Shown here piece by piece: positions 11,995 through 27,711 of a stretch of 64,000 nucleotides of DNA. How positions within the stretch are numbered: position 1 is the first letter of the stretch; every line of letters starts with the position of its first letter. This DNA comes from the human T2T-CHM13v2.0 reference genome, Homo sapiens. The notes below the pieces were generated by a model. The model searched no databases. It had not been told where the DNA came from and was given only the letters and a program-made list of their open reading frames with translations. Position numbers and translations under genes: made by a program. Where the stretch lies: the NCBI RefSeq assembly GCF_009914755.1, contig NC_060927.1; one strand, given 5' to 3'.

Positions 11995-12279
11995 CAGGGC
12001 TCAGGAAACATTTTCTGTAAAGGGCCAGATAGTAAATAGTTTAGGCTTTGTGGGCCCTATGGTGCCTGTCACAACAGCTGTAGAACTCTGCTGCTGCAGT
12101 GTAAAAGCAGCCACCGACAATGCGTGAGTGGGTGTGCTGTGTTCCAATAAAGCTTTCGTTTCAAAAACAGGCAGTGATTACAATCGTTAATTTTATGTTA
12201 TGTGAGTTTCACCTCAATTAAAACAAAAGCAGGCCATGGGTTTGATTTGGCCCATGGGGCTGTAGTTTGCAAACACCTG
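11995..12279. mobile_element. MER58A hAT-Charlie MITE containing a ~55-bp L1 3'-end insert (~12176-12225)
   Basis: ttttctgtaaagggccagatagtaaata...ctgtagtttgc. The insert ttaattttatgttatgtgagtttcacctcaatt is flanked by caaaaacagg/caaaagcagg. Confidence 0.8.
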
Positions 12280-12394
12280 TTCTAGACAGTGGGGCAAGAG
12301 GGGTGAAGGGCAGGATGGGGAGGAGCACTTGGGGACTTAGAGAAGACAAGGACTGTGCTGGCTTCCATGGGTCCCATGAACAGTGACCAGTGAA

Positions 12395-12590
12395 TGATCT
12401 GAGTTCAAATCTGACTCTGTCACTTCCTAGCTATGGGACTTTCAGTAAATTACTTATTTACTTATCCTGAGCCTCAGTTTTCCTCTTCTATAAAATGGGG
12501 AAAAAGAGTACCTACATCATTGCATTGTTCTGAGAATCAAATGAGATAATGAATGTAGGTGGCTAGCATAAGGTCAATAAAGATTTTCTT
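12395..12590. mobile_element. MIR
   Basis: gagttcaaatctgactctgtcacttcctagctatg...gagcctcagttttcctc. Confidence 0.75.
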
Positions 12591-14007
12591 ACTTAATTTT
12601 AAGGATTGACTATGAATTGCAAGACCCTAGCTGTTCCTAGGGCTCCAAGCCCTGCCTGGGGTCCCTGATCATGGATCAGCTCTTCTCTGGACTGTTGTCT
12701 AGGCAGGGCTTGGAGCCCTAGCAGGCAGAGAGGTGAGACTGGAAAGAAGGGAGGAGTTGGGCACTGGGGTGGGAGGTAAAGGAAGAGGCCCTACCAGTCA
12801 GTGGCAGAGAGAACAAAATGTATATCCCCAGATCTACAGAGAAATAGACCCCACAGGTGCAAACACAAACTTCATGCACACATGCACACCAAGATGATGC
12901 AGCCCGTCTCCACCATGCTTGGTAAAACAAGGTTCTGAAGTGCTTTGTCTCCAGCTCATCAACGTGACCCACAGGGACAGGCCTCGTTGCAGTGTGGTTT
13001 ATTGGACCCCAGTGTGGACCAGTGTGTCTCACCGGCACTAGCAACTGAAGCTCTGGTCTGGGACTCCTGCTGCTCGCTGCAGAGCCTGGAGCTGATGGAG
13101 ACAGCTAGTCACAGACTCAGGGCAGCCCAAAGCCCTTCCACCTGTGCTTCTCAAGCCTTAACAAATCACCTGGAGAGGGATTGCTTAAATGGAAGGGCCC
13201 CAAATCTGCATATTAGCAAGCATCCCAGATGATTTTTTATTTTATCAGTGAGCTGAGGACTACACTTTCAGACATAAGGCTTTACTTCCTCATCTTTGAA
13301 TGCAGTCATATGATGGTACAAGGAGGTCCCCAACTTCCTTCCTGGACTGTGACTATACGGCAGGGTCCACCCTTATCTCTTATGCTTCCTCCTCATTGCT
13401 CATGAGAAAAAGATAATCTGAGGTTGTATTTCTTGGGGTGACATAAGTAATTCTGAAACACATGTGAGGATGTTCCAAGACACTGGGTTTATTCAGAAAA
13501 GCAAAGCACCAGTCCAGGGAAAAGCTGATCCAGTGTTCTTCAGCCAATGAGAAAATTTTATGGGTAATCACTCTTCTCAGGACACTTCAGTTGAACCATC
13601 AAGTGCAGCCTATTCCAAGACCAGTTTCCTCTCATACTGGCCATCCAAGAGGTCTGTGCCCGATTCTTGCTTCTTCATCCTAGAACACTCTGTTGCTAGC
13701 ACCTACAAACTGAGCTTCAGGCTGCTAGGGAAGCAGTTGCTGTCATCTAGTATCACAGTTTGTCTGAATCAAGCAAAATAGCTTTGCACACATAGACATT
13801 CAATACATACTTAGTGAGTGACGGAACAAATCCATGATGGGTTATACAGGCTGACGGCATGTCAAGAATACTTAAAACCATAAATTGAGATGATTGCTTA
13901 CAGAAGATACACCTCTACTCCTGTAGATTCAGTTGATTGGGCAAAAAGACCAACATAGATCATGAATAAATGACAGCGTATGAACCTAAACTACAAAGTA
14001 ATCCACT

Positions 14008-14034
14008 ACACACACACACACACACACACACACA
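14008..14034. repeat. (CA)n microsatellite
   Basis: Direct reading. Confidence 0.97.
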
Positions 14035-14053
14035 ATTTATCAAAATGTATATA

Positions 14054-15733
<1,680 letters not shown>

Positions 15734-15739
15734 CATGTA

Positions 15740-16130
15740 AATGAATGTTGTTCCTTCCAAATCAGCCCCTTGGGAAGCCTCACAGAATTATTCCAGTGAC
15801 ACAGTCAATCCTCAAAATGTGCTGTGTGGGTATCTCATCTTTGGAATTTGCCTCAAGAGTTGGTTTACTTTATGGTCACATCTCATTTTTGACCCAAAAA
15901 AGGTGATTTAGCTTGATCAGTCCCCTTATTCCCAGGCTTGGTTCCAAATGATTTCTGGTGCTTCTAGGAATCAAAAGAACTCTCAAAGGATAAAAATTTA
16001 CCATTCATTAGAATATTCAAAGGCTCTGAAGAGAGTACCAAAAATGGAATCCCAAGCATGATTTGAAGAATGGCAGAATTGTTGGCTGGAGTGTGTGATT
16101 CACCACAGGAGACAGAGCTCTGAAGGCACA
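15740..16130 (+). mobile_element. MARNA-like ancient mariner remnant
   Basis: ccttattcccaggcttggttccaaatgatttctgg reads as a degenerate PYSPDLAPxDF mariner motif, followed by a C-terminal FEEW...WxxC-like segment. Confidence 0.6.
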
Positions 16131-16439
16131 AACCTAGTCAAGTCAGGAGACTCACTCATTTGCCCTTAATAAGGAACTTCATCCAGCTTTCTCATCCAGC
16201 AGCATGGTGGCAGGAACTGGCCAGATGCCCACCAAACTCAGTCCTCTTCTTCCTGAGCACACAGCTGCTCTGTAGCTCCCAGACTGCTTTCAGTTTGACA
16301 GATGATATGTCTACTTCTGGCCAACTGAATGAAGGAGAAAGTGACAGGAGCCCTTTCAGCCTTGGCCCCTAAAACCTTTCTGGGTTCCTCCATGTGTCCC
16401 TCTTCTCTCACCTGCCAGCTGGTGCTGAGAATTCAGGGG

Positions 16440-16636
16440 AAGACTCTGGGGTCATAGAAGGTGTTCAAGCCATGCAACTGAAGGAGCCCAGGTCCCTGAA
16501 TGACAGTGTAAAGAAAAACTCATTCCCTTCTGACTTGCACTGGACTGTAACATGAACTAGGAATAAATTTATAGTGTTCAGTCACAGCAATGTGGGGGCC
16601 GTTTGTTATAGCAGCAAGTCTGGCCTGACTGACACA
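16440..16636 (+). mobile_element. MLT1 LTR 3' fragment
   Basis: gaaggagcccaggtccctgaatgac...tttgttatagcagca...ctgactgacaca. Confidence 0.65.
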
Positions 16637-17683
16637 GACACACAAAATTACACTAAGTTGCCTATGTGAGAAGCAGCTTAAGTAGAATAGAAATTGACAC
16701 TGCCATTTGGAGCATTTATCCTTATGACTTTCAGTTTGGGGTTCATATTTGAAGCCAGTGTTGTTTTCTCCATCGTCAGCCTCTTAATACATATGGTATA
16801 TGTCACATCGCACAGATCAGCACTCGTCAAGCCCTCCTGCTGGCTGCTGGGGCATGACTGCTAATCCTTTGAAATGCCACCTGCCCTCAGAGCTCCCCAA
16901 AGTGAATCTGATGTATACCACATGGCCTGTATTTTAAGCCAGGCTTCACATTTGGTGAGTCCAACCTTCTCTAACAGAAACAAGAAAGTGCACACATGTA
17001 CACATGCACTGGTGTGTGTTATTTAAAACAAGATACAGCAGAAAAAAAAAACAGGCTTTCCAATATTTTAGAGACTCTCATTTAGAGAATCACTCTGCAC
17101 CTTTTAGAAGGTGGCTGTGTCCCCCTTCACGCCAACGAAAGGTGGTGAGTCTGCATCCCCCACTCACCCTTGGCAGGTTGGAGGTTGGGAGCAGGGAGCT
17201 GGTGCCAGCCGTGATGCTGCAGAACGGGCTGCATTCCCGGAAGCACAGCCAGCTGGAGACCCCTGATGCTGGTGGGCCTTTCTCACCATCTGCTTTGCCT
17301 TCTACTTGAATGTGGCCTTCTTCCCAAGAAGAGTGCCTTATCAAGAGTCAGGGGCTTAAGCCTCTCCTTCCTGCCTCAAGCTGACTAACTGGCATCTGTT
17401 GCTGCTGTGAGCCTCCCCAAAGGAGCCCAGGTACATCTCCAAGATGCAGGACTGCTGAGCAGTATTTGGTGAGCACAGATTTCCACAGTCCCCCTGCCGA
17501 TGGAGAAGTGCAAGCAATGTAGAAAAATCTCCAGCCCATGCACTTCCACAGCGGATCCTCCCCTCTTAGATGTCTATGAGGACCTCGAGGGGATAAGACA
17601 GAGCAAGGCGTGAGTTGTTTACTCTCAGGTAAGCCACGGTTCAAAAGAACTGGAGAGCAAGGTAGGTTTTAAGTAACATTTCC

Positions 17684-18002
17684 AGCCAGGTGCAATGACT
17701 CACGCCTGTAATACCAACACTTTGGGAGGATGAGGTAGGTGGATTGCTCGAGCCCAGGAGTTCGAGACCAGCCTGGGCAACAGAGTGAGACCCTGTCTCT
17801 ACAAGAATAAATTTTTTTTTAAAGTTACCTGAGTATGGTAGTGAGTGTCTGTGGTCCCAGCTACTCAGGAGGCTGAGGCAGGAGGATCACTTGAGCTTGG
17901 AAGATTGAGGCTGCAGTGAATTATGACTGTGCCACTGCACTCCAGTCTAGGTGACAGGGTGAGCTCCTGTCTCTAAATAAATAAAATAAAATAAAATAAA
18001 AA
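17684..18002 (+). mobile_element. AluJ
   Basis: Dimeric Alu with a (TAAAA)n tail. Confidence 0.9.
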
Positions 18003-18479
18003 ATTTCCAAAGCTCTGGGAAGGGAGGGAGGAGGCTGGGCAAAGGATTGATATAGGGAAGTGGCTAAATAAATTTGATAGGCTAAGGGGGTGGCTGGGTG
18101 GGGCAGTGGGCAGAGCTGAAATGGCAGTTGAGTGGCAGCTCTGCAGCCTCTCCTCTCTCTGATTTGGGCTTGCAGGTTTCCTGGTGCTGGCTAGTGAGGG
18201 TGCGCCGCTGTGTCTGTGTCTTACATGATACAGCATGACCTCCTGAAGCAGAACCCCACTGTGCTCCGAAATTCCAGGTGAGCAGGTGCCAAGACACACT
18301 GCAGTTTTCATGGCTTTTTGTTTTTTTCCTGTGGTGTTGCCCACACTAAGTGGCATGGAATGAGCAGGGGTGGGAGGAGAACATTCTTGAGATGCTCCTC
18401 CACATCCCCCAGCAACACCCCATCTTTATCTCCTCCAAAAAAATGTGTCTCACTTTTTTAGTACTCACAACTCCACGTG

Positions 18480-18590
18480 GAGGAAGGTAGGATTATAATT
18501 CCCATGTTACAGAGAAGGAAACCAAAGCTCAGAGATGAAGAAGGCTGCCCGAGGCCACAGAGCTAGTAAGTGACAGAGCCAAGGTGGAAA
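18480..18590. mobile_element. MIR
   Basis: cccatgttacagagaaggaaaccaaagctcagaga...cacagagctagtaagtgacagagcc. Confidence 0.7.
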
Positions 18591-18949
18591 CAGAGATTTT
18601 CTTTCCCAATTCCCATGAATTTGCAGCCACACCAACCTCCTTCTCAGGTGACCTCACTTAAAAGTAAAAGGCAGGAAGAAGAGGCCTGGGTTACAGGTAG
18701 GCCTGCCCTCTCCTGCCTGGGGCCTTCTGCCCCATGTGTCTTTGTCCATCTCATTCTCTTGGTTCAGAAGCCTTGCCATGTCCTCTCACCAACCTGGTTT
18801 GAAACTCGCTTCCTCCAAGAAGTCTCCTGGGCTTCTTCCTCACTGGTTGTCTCCCCAGCGCTTGTGGATTCATCTTGTCACATGTTGCTTGGCTGCATGC
18901 TGTATGCTTTGTGGTTACGCTCCAGCCATTTCCCGCATGCCCCCAAGTC

Positions 18950-19452
18950 ACATATGGCAGGCAGAAGGATGCCCCTCCAAAGACGGTCTGGTCCTAATCC
19001 CCAAAACCTGTGAAGATGTCTCTTACAGGACAAAAGGGACTGTGCAGCTATGATTAAATTAAGGATCTTGAGAGGGGAGACTGTGCTGGATTATCCAGGC
19101 AGGCCCGATCTAATCACAAGGGTCCTTCAAAGCAGAAGAGGAAGGCAGGAGAGCCAGAGAAGGAGGTGAGATGGCAGAAGCAGAGGCCAGAGGAGATGTG
19201 CTTGCTGCCTGCTGGAGCTGAAGATGCAACAGCCTCGATCAAGGAAAGCAGACACTTCTAGAAGCTGGAAAAAGAAAGGAGCAGACTACCCCACAGAGCC
19301 TGCAGCAGGAGCCCAGCTCTGCCGCCTTGATTCTAGCCAGTGAGACCCATTTCAGCCTTCTGACCTCTAGAACTGTAAGATAACAAATCTATGTTGCTTT
19401 AAGCCACTAAACGTGTGCAAATTTATTGTGGCAGCCACAGGAAAGTAACACT
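18950..19452 (+). mobile_element. MLT1D-type solo LTR
   Basis: gtcctaatccccaaaacctgtgaa...tctagaactgtaagataacaaat...gcagccacaggaaagtaaca. Confidence 0.85.
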
Positions 19453-21032
19453 TCAGGGCTGGGTGTACTGTTCAATTTGTTCCTGTCTCTACTCTCCCCC
19501 AAGACCACTTCCACAGGCCCTCAGTGCATACAGTGCACTGGAGCTCAGCATACAGTGGAGGCTCTGAGAACTGCAAGTGACTGCCCCCTGCCCCTCCAGG
19601 GGTCTGGGCTGGCTCCTCGGCCTCTCCTCCCACTGGCCTAATATCAGGGGTGGAAAGCCCCCTGCTGGCCCTCCCCCAATTCTCCAGTGTAGCAAGGAGG
19701 GCAGAAACAGGAACCAACGAATGTGTCAGGTAAAGAGGAGATCAGAGGCTGGATTTTTCCTGATCCAGGATCATGCAAATTCATTTAAAAAATAAAACCC
19801 CGTAACATTTAGAGGATTGATTTTTGCTATCACTCTCCGGCCTTCCCTCCTCATTCTCTAGGCACACAGGGTGGCCTGCAAGCCCCTTCAGGATCCGACT
19901 TAGCCTACCTCTCCTGCCTCAGGCTGCTGCAGGCCATAGGCTCCTGAAAGCCTAAATTATGGCCAGTCCCCATACACTGTGTCTCATCTCCTTGCCTTTG
20001 ATCACGCTGTCCCTTCTGTGTAGATGCCCAGCCGTCCTCTCTGCAGCTAACTGCTTGAGTGCGGGTCATTTACCTCCTCCCCAGGGAGCCCTCCCTGACC
20101 ATTGTCAGAGTGGGCTAGGGGCTCCTTTGCCCATCCATGGACCCTGGCTCTGCCACTGTCTCTGCTGTCACCACCACTGGGCTCCTTTCTTCAGTCCTCA
20201 CTTCCCTCTACTCATGGAAAGGATGGAACTCCCATCCAACTCCCTTCCTCCATGACAAAGAAGAGGGAACACTCTGCCCCCTGCTCCACCTCTGTCGTCC
20301 TGTATTTGCTCCTCCCCATGGTGGGGGGCAATCTGATTGGCCAGTGCCTGGACCACCCTGCATTGGTAGGCAGGGCCCTGAGTTGAAAGGTAATGTGTAG
20401 CCACCACATGGTCTCTGTCCATCTGTTACTGGGTGACAAGACCAGCTGCCCTTGCCACCCAGATGGGCATTCTTTCTCTTGGTGCCAGCTTCTCATCCAT
20501 CCTCATGGGGTCTCTGGATTCTTAGACTTAAGAGGAATAAAGGTAGACACTAGAGGACTTGTGTCAATCCTCTGACCTTGACTGCATTCTCCACTACAGC
20601 TCTTAACAAAAGCTTTGCACCCTCGTCCTGGTATTAATACATTAACAGACACATTGTTTCCCATCTCCTCAGTCAGAAACCTGGAGAGAAGGAAGGATGA
20701 TGGAATCCTGGACCTCAAACTCCCACACTAATTTATAATTGTGCAGGATACCCCCTATTATATAGGTGAGAGGACTTGTTAGCATGACTCCTGGAGACAG
20801 CTGAGAAAATCACTGCTGTTCTGGTTCCTCACCTGAGTTTAAGAATGCTCTGGCATTGGGCTGTACTCATCCTTAAGGTCTGAGGTTGGTGGCTGGGGAG
20901 TCTGCTTATACCTGCATGGCCTGTGATCATATTTTTACATGATAGAGCTCTGAGACTGGTGAGGTGTACCTGACTCTGATGAGGTGGTTTCAGACACCCA
21001 TCTACAAAGTTATGAGAACAGTTGCTCCAGCC

Positions 21033-21122
21033 ATGGATGGATGGGTGGATGGATTGATGGATGGATGGCTGGGTAGGTCAATGGGTAGGTGTGTGGGCAG
21101 GTAGATGGATCATTGGATGGAT
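21033..21122. repeat. Degenerate (GGAT)n repeat
   Basis: Direct reading. Confidence 0.85.
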
Positions 21123-21422
21123 CAATCTATAGACTGGTCTGAAGGGAGACCTTCATGGGCCCAGAAGGTCTGATACAACCTTCACTCATTCAGACATTAT
21201 CACCTACAACTGTGGACTTCTTGGTAAAATTCAGGCCAGGAACCTGCCCCTCTCCCTATCTTAGAAAATGTTGCTGGTCTCACTGTCACATATACCGGCT
21301 GTACTGACATTTTGGGGGCATCCTTTAGATAAGAATGATCCAGTGACATGCATGTTTTGTCTGACAACCTGTACTTACCACTGACCTCTGTCAATATGCA
21401 CGTTATTTATAATCCCTCTTAA

Positions 21423-21846
21423 TGTGCCACCTCAGATCCTCTCTGCTCCACCTGTCTCTGGGGCAAGTCCACTTGTTCCATCTCAGCCGCCACTGGAACA
21501 ACCAGTTCTGGTGGGCTGCAGCCAGTGTCTTCTTGCTGCAGCCTGCTAAGCACTCACGTCGTGCAGGTCACAATGGCAGGGTTGCTGGTGCCCACCCAGA
21601 GCTAACTTTTGGTTATGGGAAGCAGAAGCCAGTAGATGAATTCTGATCCCTTCCTACCCCTAGGGTTCCTGTGGTTTCTCAGCAGAGTCCTTTGAGGTGA
21701 AGCATCATTTGCATATGATACTAAGTTGTTGCTAGCCCTCCTCCCCTGCTTTACCCCTCTTTCCTCTCATCCTGCTTCTGTGGCTGCACTCTCCAATCAA
21801 GGGGTAGCTCATAAGCTTCCGCTTTCTGAGAAACCCAGGCTAAGAC
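21423..21846 (+). mobile_element. ERVL LTR (LTR16-like)
   Basis: tgtgccacctcagatcctct...gaagccagtagatgaattc...ttctgagaaacccaggctaagac. Confidence 0.6.
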
Positions 21847-22169
21847 CTGGTGTTACTATTACTATTTTCACAATCTAGCTGGAGTGAAATACAAGATTTT
21901 TGGACCTCATTAGAAAGTCAGCCTGTGTAGCACCTGCCTCCTACACTAGACCGAGCCATTCATTTTGGCGACCCCAATGTGGAAAATAATGTTTGAATTC
22001 TTTATCATGCTCCATTCTTCTCTTATTCTTTTCCATAAAATCAATCACATTAGGAAGGTGCTCTTCCTGGATACTTGGATATTCTACTGCATTTGGTTTT
22101 TAACCTTGGTACCATCTTTTTCAAACTGCTGGTTTTCAAACTCAGTACTATCCTTTTCAGAGTGGTTAC

Positions 22170-22870
<701 letters not shown>

Positions 22871-23181
22871 CTACAATAACGTTGCTTGTTACCTCTGAAC
22901 TTGACTGGAGCTGGACTCCCAGGCAGTCCTGGATAGAGATGAGCCTGGGGGCAGGAAAGGCCGGGACCTGAAGACAACTGGCAGCCACAGGACTAGAGCT
23001 CCACCTTCTTTTTGAAAAGATTTCTCTGGCTGCCACACAAAAATGATACCTTGGCCAGGGTGGCATCAACATGAAAGGGGATATATTTGGCACTACAGCA
23101 ATTCCAGTTGCTCTTCCAGCCCTCAGCCTCCAGGTCCACTCAGTGACAATGAGCAAAAATAGACATATTAAGATTAGTCAT

Positions 23182-23470
<289 letters not shown>

Positions 23471-24582
23471 AAGATTAGTCATAACAGCACAAAAGGAAAG
23501 GAGCAGACAAGATAAGGATCTGTCCACTCAAAAGTCAGGGCCGATTGCTGTGATTACCTTAAGCCCTCAGGACACAGATTTGAGGACTGACCCAGAGGTC
23601 TTCAAATGGAGAGAATCAAGCTTAGTCTTGATGGACACCATCAGAGATGTCACCTTTAAGCATTTATCAGAGTTACCAGTTTACATTTTTGTAATTTTTT
23701 TAGAAATGCTTGTTTCCTAGTAGAATATCATTCCACTTGTATCCTACAGTGAGTGACATCTGATTACTGGTTTCTAGACTTTTGAGACCAGTCTCCTAGG
23801 GAGGTGCTGGAGACAACCTCTTCTCAACACTGCTGAGGAGTGTGGGACAACCTCTGTAAACAAGAGACCTTATTCTTGCTGCTCCAGGAACTACTGGAGG
23901 CTGTCACGACAACTATGGTCCCTCAGGCTGAGCTCTAGGCCCAACATGTAGTCATGATATCTAGGCCACAAGACTTGGCCCACAGAGCTCTGTACTCTTT
24001 CCAGGAAGCTCTTGGGCAACAATGCAAATGAGACCATACCTGAATTTTGACCTATTCCTTACCATTCTGCTGTCCTTTCTGAAGCAAAGTCAGGACTCCC
24101 CACAAAAGCCTTCCCTTCTCTATTAAACTATCACCAGTAAATGACTGTGACAAAGCACCAACTGAAGCACACGCCTTGGGAGCACAGGTGGCTCCTGCAC
24201 TTGGTGCTTAAGGCGAGCAGTGCCTGATACTGTTCTCAATCCATCCCATGCAATGAGCAGGAACCCCAGGATTGAAGTGGCTTAAACTCTTTGTCACACA
24301 ATCCAGGGCAGTGTAAGGCAGGCAACTCCTGGGCTAGAAGAGTTGGAAACTCGATGAGTCTCATACAGGCATCATGTGTGGGGCCAACAATATCCATGAG
24401 AAAGGGCAACCATCTCTGGAAGCCCTGAGACCCCATCTCAGGTGCTCTTGGCCAAGGTTAGATCATGTCCTTACCTAATCCATCAATGGGGAGGCAATGA
24501 GGGCTCCCAAAGGGCTTAAACAGAGTGGTTACTTTTTTAGCTTGTTATGTAGAATTCAAAAAAGCAGATTCAGTAAAGGTTC

Positions 24583-25069
24583 TGTGATAGGCTGAAAAAG
24601 GGCCCCCCAAAAGACCCACGTCCTATTCCCTGGAACCTGTGAATGTTTCCTCTTTTGGCAAAGCGTTTGCAGATGTGATTAAAGTACAGCTCTTGAGATG
24701 TGGAGAGGATCCTGGATTATCTGGGTGGTCCCTGAATGCAATCACATGTATCCTTACAGAAAGGAGACAGAGGTAGACTTCATATACACAGAGGAGAGGG
24801 TGATGTAAAGATGGAACAGAGAGATTTGAAAATGTTGGCTTTAAAGATTTGGGTGATGTGATCACAAGCCACCAGAAGCTGGAAGAGGCAGGGAATAAAT
24901 CCCTCGTGGAGCCTCTGAAGGGAGCTCGGCCCTGCTGACACCTTGAATTAACCTAAGTGTTACTGATTTCAGATGTCTGGCCTCCAGAACTGTGAAAGAA
25001 TACATTTCTGTTGTTTTTAAGCCATCCGATTTATGTAATTTGGTATAGTAGCCACAGGAAACTAGAACA
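24583..25069 (+). mobile_element. MLT1 (B/C/D) solo LTR
   Basis: tgtgataggctgaaaaagggcccc...ctccagaactgtgaaagaatacatttctg...ggaaactagaaca. Confidence 0.85.
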
Positions 25070-25085
25070 GCTTCTTCTTAAAAAG

Positions 25086-25274
25086 CGCCTGGGTAATATA
25101 CCAAAAAAATTAGCCAGGCGTGGTGGTGTGTACCTGTAGTCTCAGCTACTTAGGAAGCTGAAGTGAGAGGATCACTTGAACCTAGGAGGTGGAGGCTGCA
25201 GTGAGCTATGATCATGCCACTGCACTCCGGTTTGGATGACAGAGTGAGACCCTGTCTCAAAAATAAATAAAAAG
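25086..25274 (+). mobile_element. Partial Alu (right monomer)
   Basis: aaaattagccaggcgtggtgg...gaccctgtctcaaaaataaataa. Confidence 0.85.
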
Positions 25275-25649
25275 GTCCTCCAAGGTCACCCAACTTAGCC
25301 CTTCATAGCTACAACCTTTTTCAGCATTTCTCCTTCCTACATGCCTACTGCCAACTCAGACTCTGCTTTCTAATGATGCTCAGAAATCTGGTATTTAACT
25401 AAAGCCAGATTGTGAGAACAGTAATAATAAATGAAACCTCATCTTCCAGGAGAGAACATTAGGATCTAGCTGACCCTTCATCCTGACCTTCCCAGCCCTC
25501 ACCCACACTAAGCCCCTTCCATTCAACAGCTCAGCATTTCTCAAAATGCGGTCCAAGGACTGCCTGCATTGAATCACCTGAGGCACTTGTTAAAGATGTA
25601 AAGTCTAGGACTCCATCTCAGACTTGCCAAATAAAAAGTTTAGGGGTGA

Positions 25650-25963
<314 letters not shown>

Positions 25964-26315
25964 GAAATCTGCACTTTTGACAAGCATCCCAGGTGATTGT
26001 TAGCCCACTGATTCATGAGAACCTCCACTATAGAAGAAGGAGCCAGAAGTGATCCAACAGTACTTTCCTCCATGGCTTGATGGCGAAGCCTCTGACCCTG
26101 GGCCAAGTGCTAAACTTTTCTGGGGAAAGCTACTGCCACGGCCCCCGGTACTGGGTGCTTGTGATGAATGTCAGGCAGAGCTCATAAGGAAACCAAAAGA
26201 GTCCTGTCCCCTCATGCCTTTCATGTTGCAAAACAGCTGCGAAGGCATTCCAGGAGTTGAGGACCACAAATTCTTTTGAGAATATGAGTCACCATTAGGC
26301 AATTCATGTTAATTC

Positions 26316-26321
26316 TTTAAT
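26316..26321 (-). terminator. SLC12A8: Probable distal poly(A) signal ATTAAA of SLC12A8
   Basis: tttaat on the plus strand, ~1.23 kb past the stop codon. An alternative AATAAA lies at 26842-26847. Confidence 0.6.
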
Positions 26322-26334
26322 TAAAAAGACCCTC

Positions 26335-26885
26335 ACTAAACAATAATAGTTTACAAATGCATGTACCTTTTGATCCTGCAATTCCACTTTTGGGAATTTA
26401 TCCTAGAGATACACTTTATGCTTGCACATTTGTACAAGATTATTCACTGCAGAGCTGATTGTCATTGCAAAAGATTGGAAAGAATCCAAATGCTCATCAT
26501 TGTGGAACTGGCGAAATAAATTATAACACATTTATACAATGAAAAAAATGAACAAATGGCATATGAATTGATATGAAATGTCTCCAAGATAGATTGTTAA
26601 GGGAAAAAAGCAAGGTGCAGAACATGTGTATAACGTGCTAACTTTTGTGTATAAAGAGAGAATGTGAGACTCTACATTCCCATTTGCTTGTATATCCATA
26701 AAGAAATGCTGGATGTACGGATGAGAATAGTGGTTACCTCTAGGCCAGGGTAGACAGGAACTGAGCAGGTGGAGAATAAGGATTGGAGGGAGACTTTTCA
26801 CTCTATATATCTTTTGGGTGTGGAAACATGTGAGTGTATTATTTATTTTTGAATAAATAATACAATAAAATATAAAACATACACT
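26335..26885 (+). mobile_element. L1ME 3' fragment
   Basis: tttgatcctgcaattccacttttgggaatttatcctagaga...gcaaaagattggaaagaatccaaatgctcatca. Confidence 0.75.
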
Positions 26886-27100
26886 TATTGTGGCCCTCTG
26901 CACAAGCAATCTGGTTGTGCAGAGTCTTGGTGTCCCCTGCTAGTCTTAGTACCTGTATAGAGCTCTTCAGACTGGGTGTCGTGTTGCAGAGGCTAGCACC
27001 ATTCCTGATGTCACCCTGGGTGAGACGTGGTCCTCAGAATCCAGATTTCCTTTTTTGTCTTTTTCCTTCTTCCACATGTTCTAAGAAAACATAGATTTCT

Positions 27101-27395
<295 letters not shown>

Positions 27396-27548
27396 GGGAA
27401 AAGAAAATGTAGATTTCCATTGTCCAAAGTGACAGCGGGAGGATGGGTCTTGAGTTTCTCAGGTTGGAGAAGCAGCTCCACGAAGGTCCTGAGCTTGGGT
27501 CCACTGTACATGGGACAGCTCCAAAAGAGGAAGGTCCCAGCACTGCAT

Positions 27549-27711
27549 CTAGTAGTGAGGCATCAGCTGCTCCCGGTTCACGAGGGAGGAGTGGTGGTAG
27601 CGATCCCGAGTGGCGAAGTCTGCATTCTCCTGGGTGAGCTGAGTCATCTCCATGTCAACCTTAGCCAGGGACGGCGCCAAGATGATCTGCTCCTGAGGGG
27701 ACCGCAAGCTC
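27549..27711 (-). CDS. SLC12A8: SLC12A8 last coding exon (163 nt, including the TAG)
   Basis: Acceptor tctctcactgcag. Encodes (R)[53 protein letters not shown], the SLC12A8 C-terminus. Confidence 0.96.

Noticed and set aside
27639-27648. ARE/AP-1-like ATGACTCAGC in the last exon (also at 54589-54598)
   Set aside because: The exonic copy is explained by Met-Thr-Gln-Leu codons. Single motifs are expected by chance.
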